Shown: positions 63,230 through 64,000 of the stretch, in pieces
How positions within the stretch are numbered: the first letter of the stretch is position 1
How the letters are laid out: the number at the start of each line of letters is the position of its first letter
Source: Candidatus Ligilactobacillus faecavium
GTDB lineage: Bacteria > Bacillota > Bacilli > Lactobacillales > Lactobacillaceae
Length of the DNA: 64,000 nt
Direction: 5' to 3'
NCBI GenBank assembly: GCA_019120355.1
Contig: DWVG01000036.1
Coordinates: 2,024-66,023 of the forward strand
Translations under genes and position numbers: made by a program
Notes under the pieces: generated by a model
Databases searched by the model: none
What the model was told of the DNA's origin: nothing
The model's input: the letters and a program-made list of their open reading frames with translations, nothing else

Positions 63230-64000
63230 CTAAAAATTAACAATTTCCTTGGCTTTCGCTACAATGTCGTCCTTCGTTGGCAACCAGCGTTCCTCGGCTT
63301 CGCTGAATGCGTAAACCGTATCAGGCGCACTGACCCGTGCAACCGGAGCATCTAAACTTAAAATTGCCTTTTCAGCAATCAATGATGCGACTTGATTACC
63401 AACCCCAGCCATGTTTTGGGCTTCTTGAACGATGACGACTTTCCCCGTCTTCTTTACGCTTTCGAGAATCGTCTTTTCGTCTAACGGTGAAACGGTTCGT
63501 AAATCAACGACTTCTGCATTGATACCTTCCTTATCGAGTTCATCAGCGGCCTTCAAACATTCTTGAACCATGTAGCCGTATGAAATTAAAGTAATATCCG
63601 TTCCTTCACGCTTAATGTCTGCCTTGTCCAATGGCAATGTGTATTCCTGTTCCGGAACTTCTTCCCGCATTGAACGATAAAGTTTCATGTGTTCCAAGAA
63701 GACAACCGGATCATCAGACCGAATTGAAGAAATTAATAATCCCTTTGCATCATACGGTGAGCCTGGAATTACAACCCGCAATCCAGGAACTTGACCAACG
63801 ATGCCTTCAAGACTGTCAGAGTGCATTTCAGGCGTGTGTACTCCGCCGCCAAATGCTGACCGAATCGTGATCGGCATCTTCTTTGTTCCACCAGTCCGAT
63901 AGTATTCACGGGCAATTTGACCGACAATTTCATCCATTGCTTCATATAGGAAACCAAAGAATTGAATTTCTGGAACTGGCCGGAAGCCTTCATATGCAAG
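63230..64000 (-). CDS. pdhB: Pyruvate dehydrogenase E1 beta subunit; 5' end beyond the window
   Basis: [24 protein letters not shown]. Confidence 0.93.
   Translation of the reverse strand, partial: LAYEGFRPVPEIQFFGFLYEAMDEIVGQIAREYYRTGGTKKMPITIRSAFGGGVHTPEMHSDSLEGIVGQVPGLRVVIPGSPYDAKGLLISSIRSDDPVVFLEHMKLYRSMREEVPEQEYTLPLDKADIKREGTDITLISYGYMVQECLKAADELDKEGINAEVVDLRTVSPLDEKTILESVKKTGKVVIVQEAQNMAGVGNQVASLIAEKAILSLDAPVARVSAPDTVYAFSEAEERWLPTKDDIVAKAKEIVNF

Overview
Lactobacillaceae chromosome segment carrying an apparently complete ~42.9 kb temperate siphophage (5969..48854) integrated into the extreme 3' end of polC. It is bounded by a 14-bp direct repeat, TGGTTTTCATCCGG. To its right are the host core genes polC-proS-rseP-cdsA-uppS-frr-pyrH and lplA-pdhDCB. 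To its left is an AT-rich, partly decayed cell-envelope glycosylation/acylation island. The prophage has integration/immunity, replication, packaging (SPP1-like portal, PBSX terminase), head, tail and lysis modules plus several morons. Most notable points: (1) a ~1.17 kb ORF-poor block in the early operon (36847..38015) packed with hairpins and loop pseudoknots and bracketed by two miniature tRNA-like modules, a candidate processed ornate ncRNA; a moron sRNA 30 kb away is antisense to one of its repeated hairpins; (2) integration swaps the PolC C-terminal beta-clamp motif (QLSLFDNMF to QLNLFEDMF); (3) a ParB-N plus GREB1/TAGT-like glycosyltransferase pair next to the terminase; (4) two glycoside-hydrolase-like tail proteins; (5) an unannotated Fst-type type I TA and a Panacea type II TA. 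All family assignments come from motif recognition by eye; no database searches or folding programs were run.
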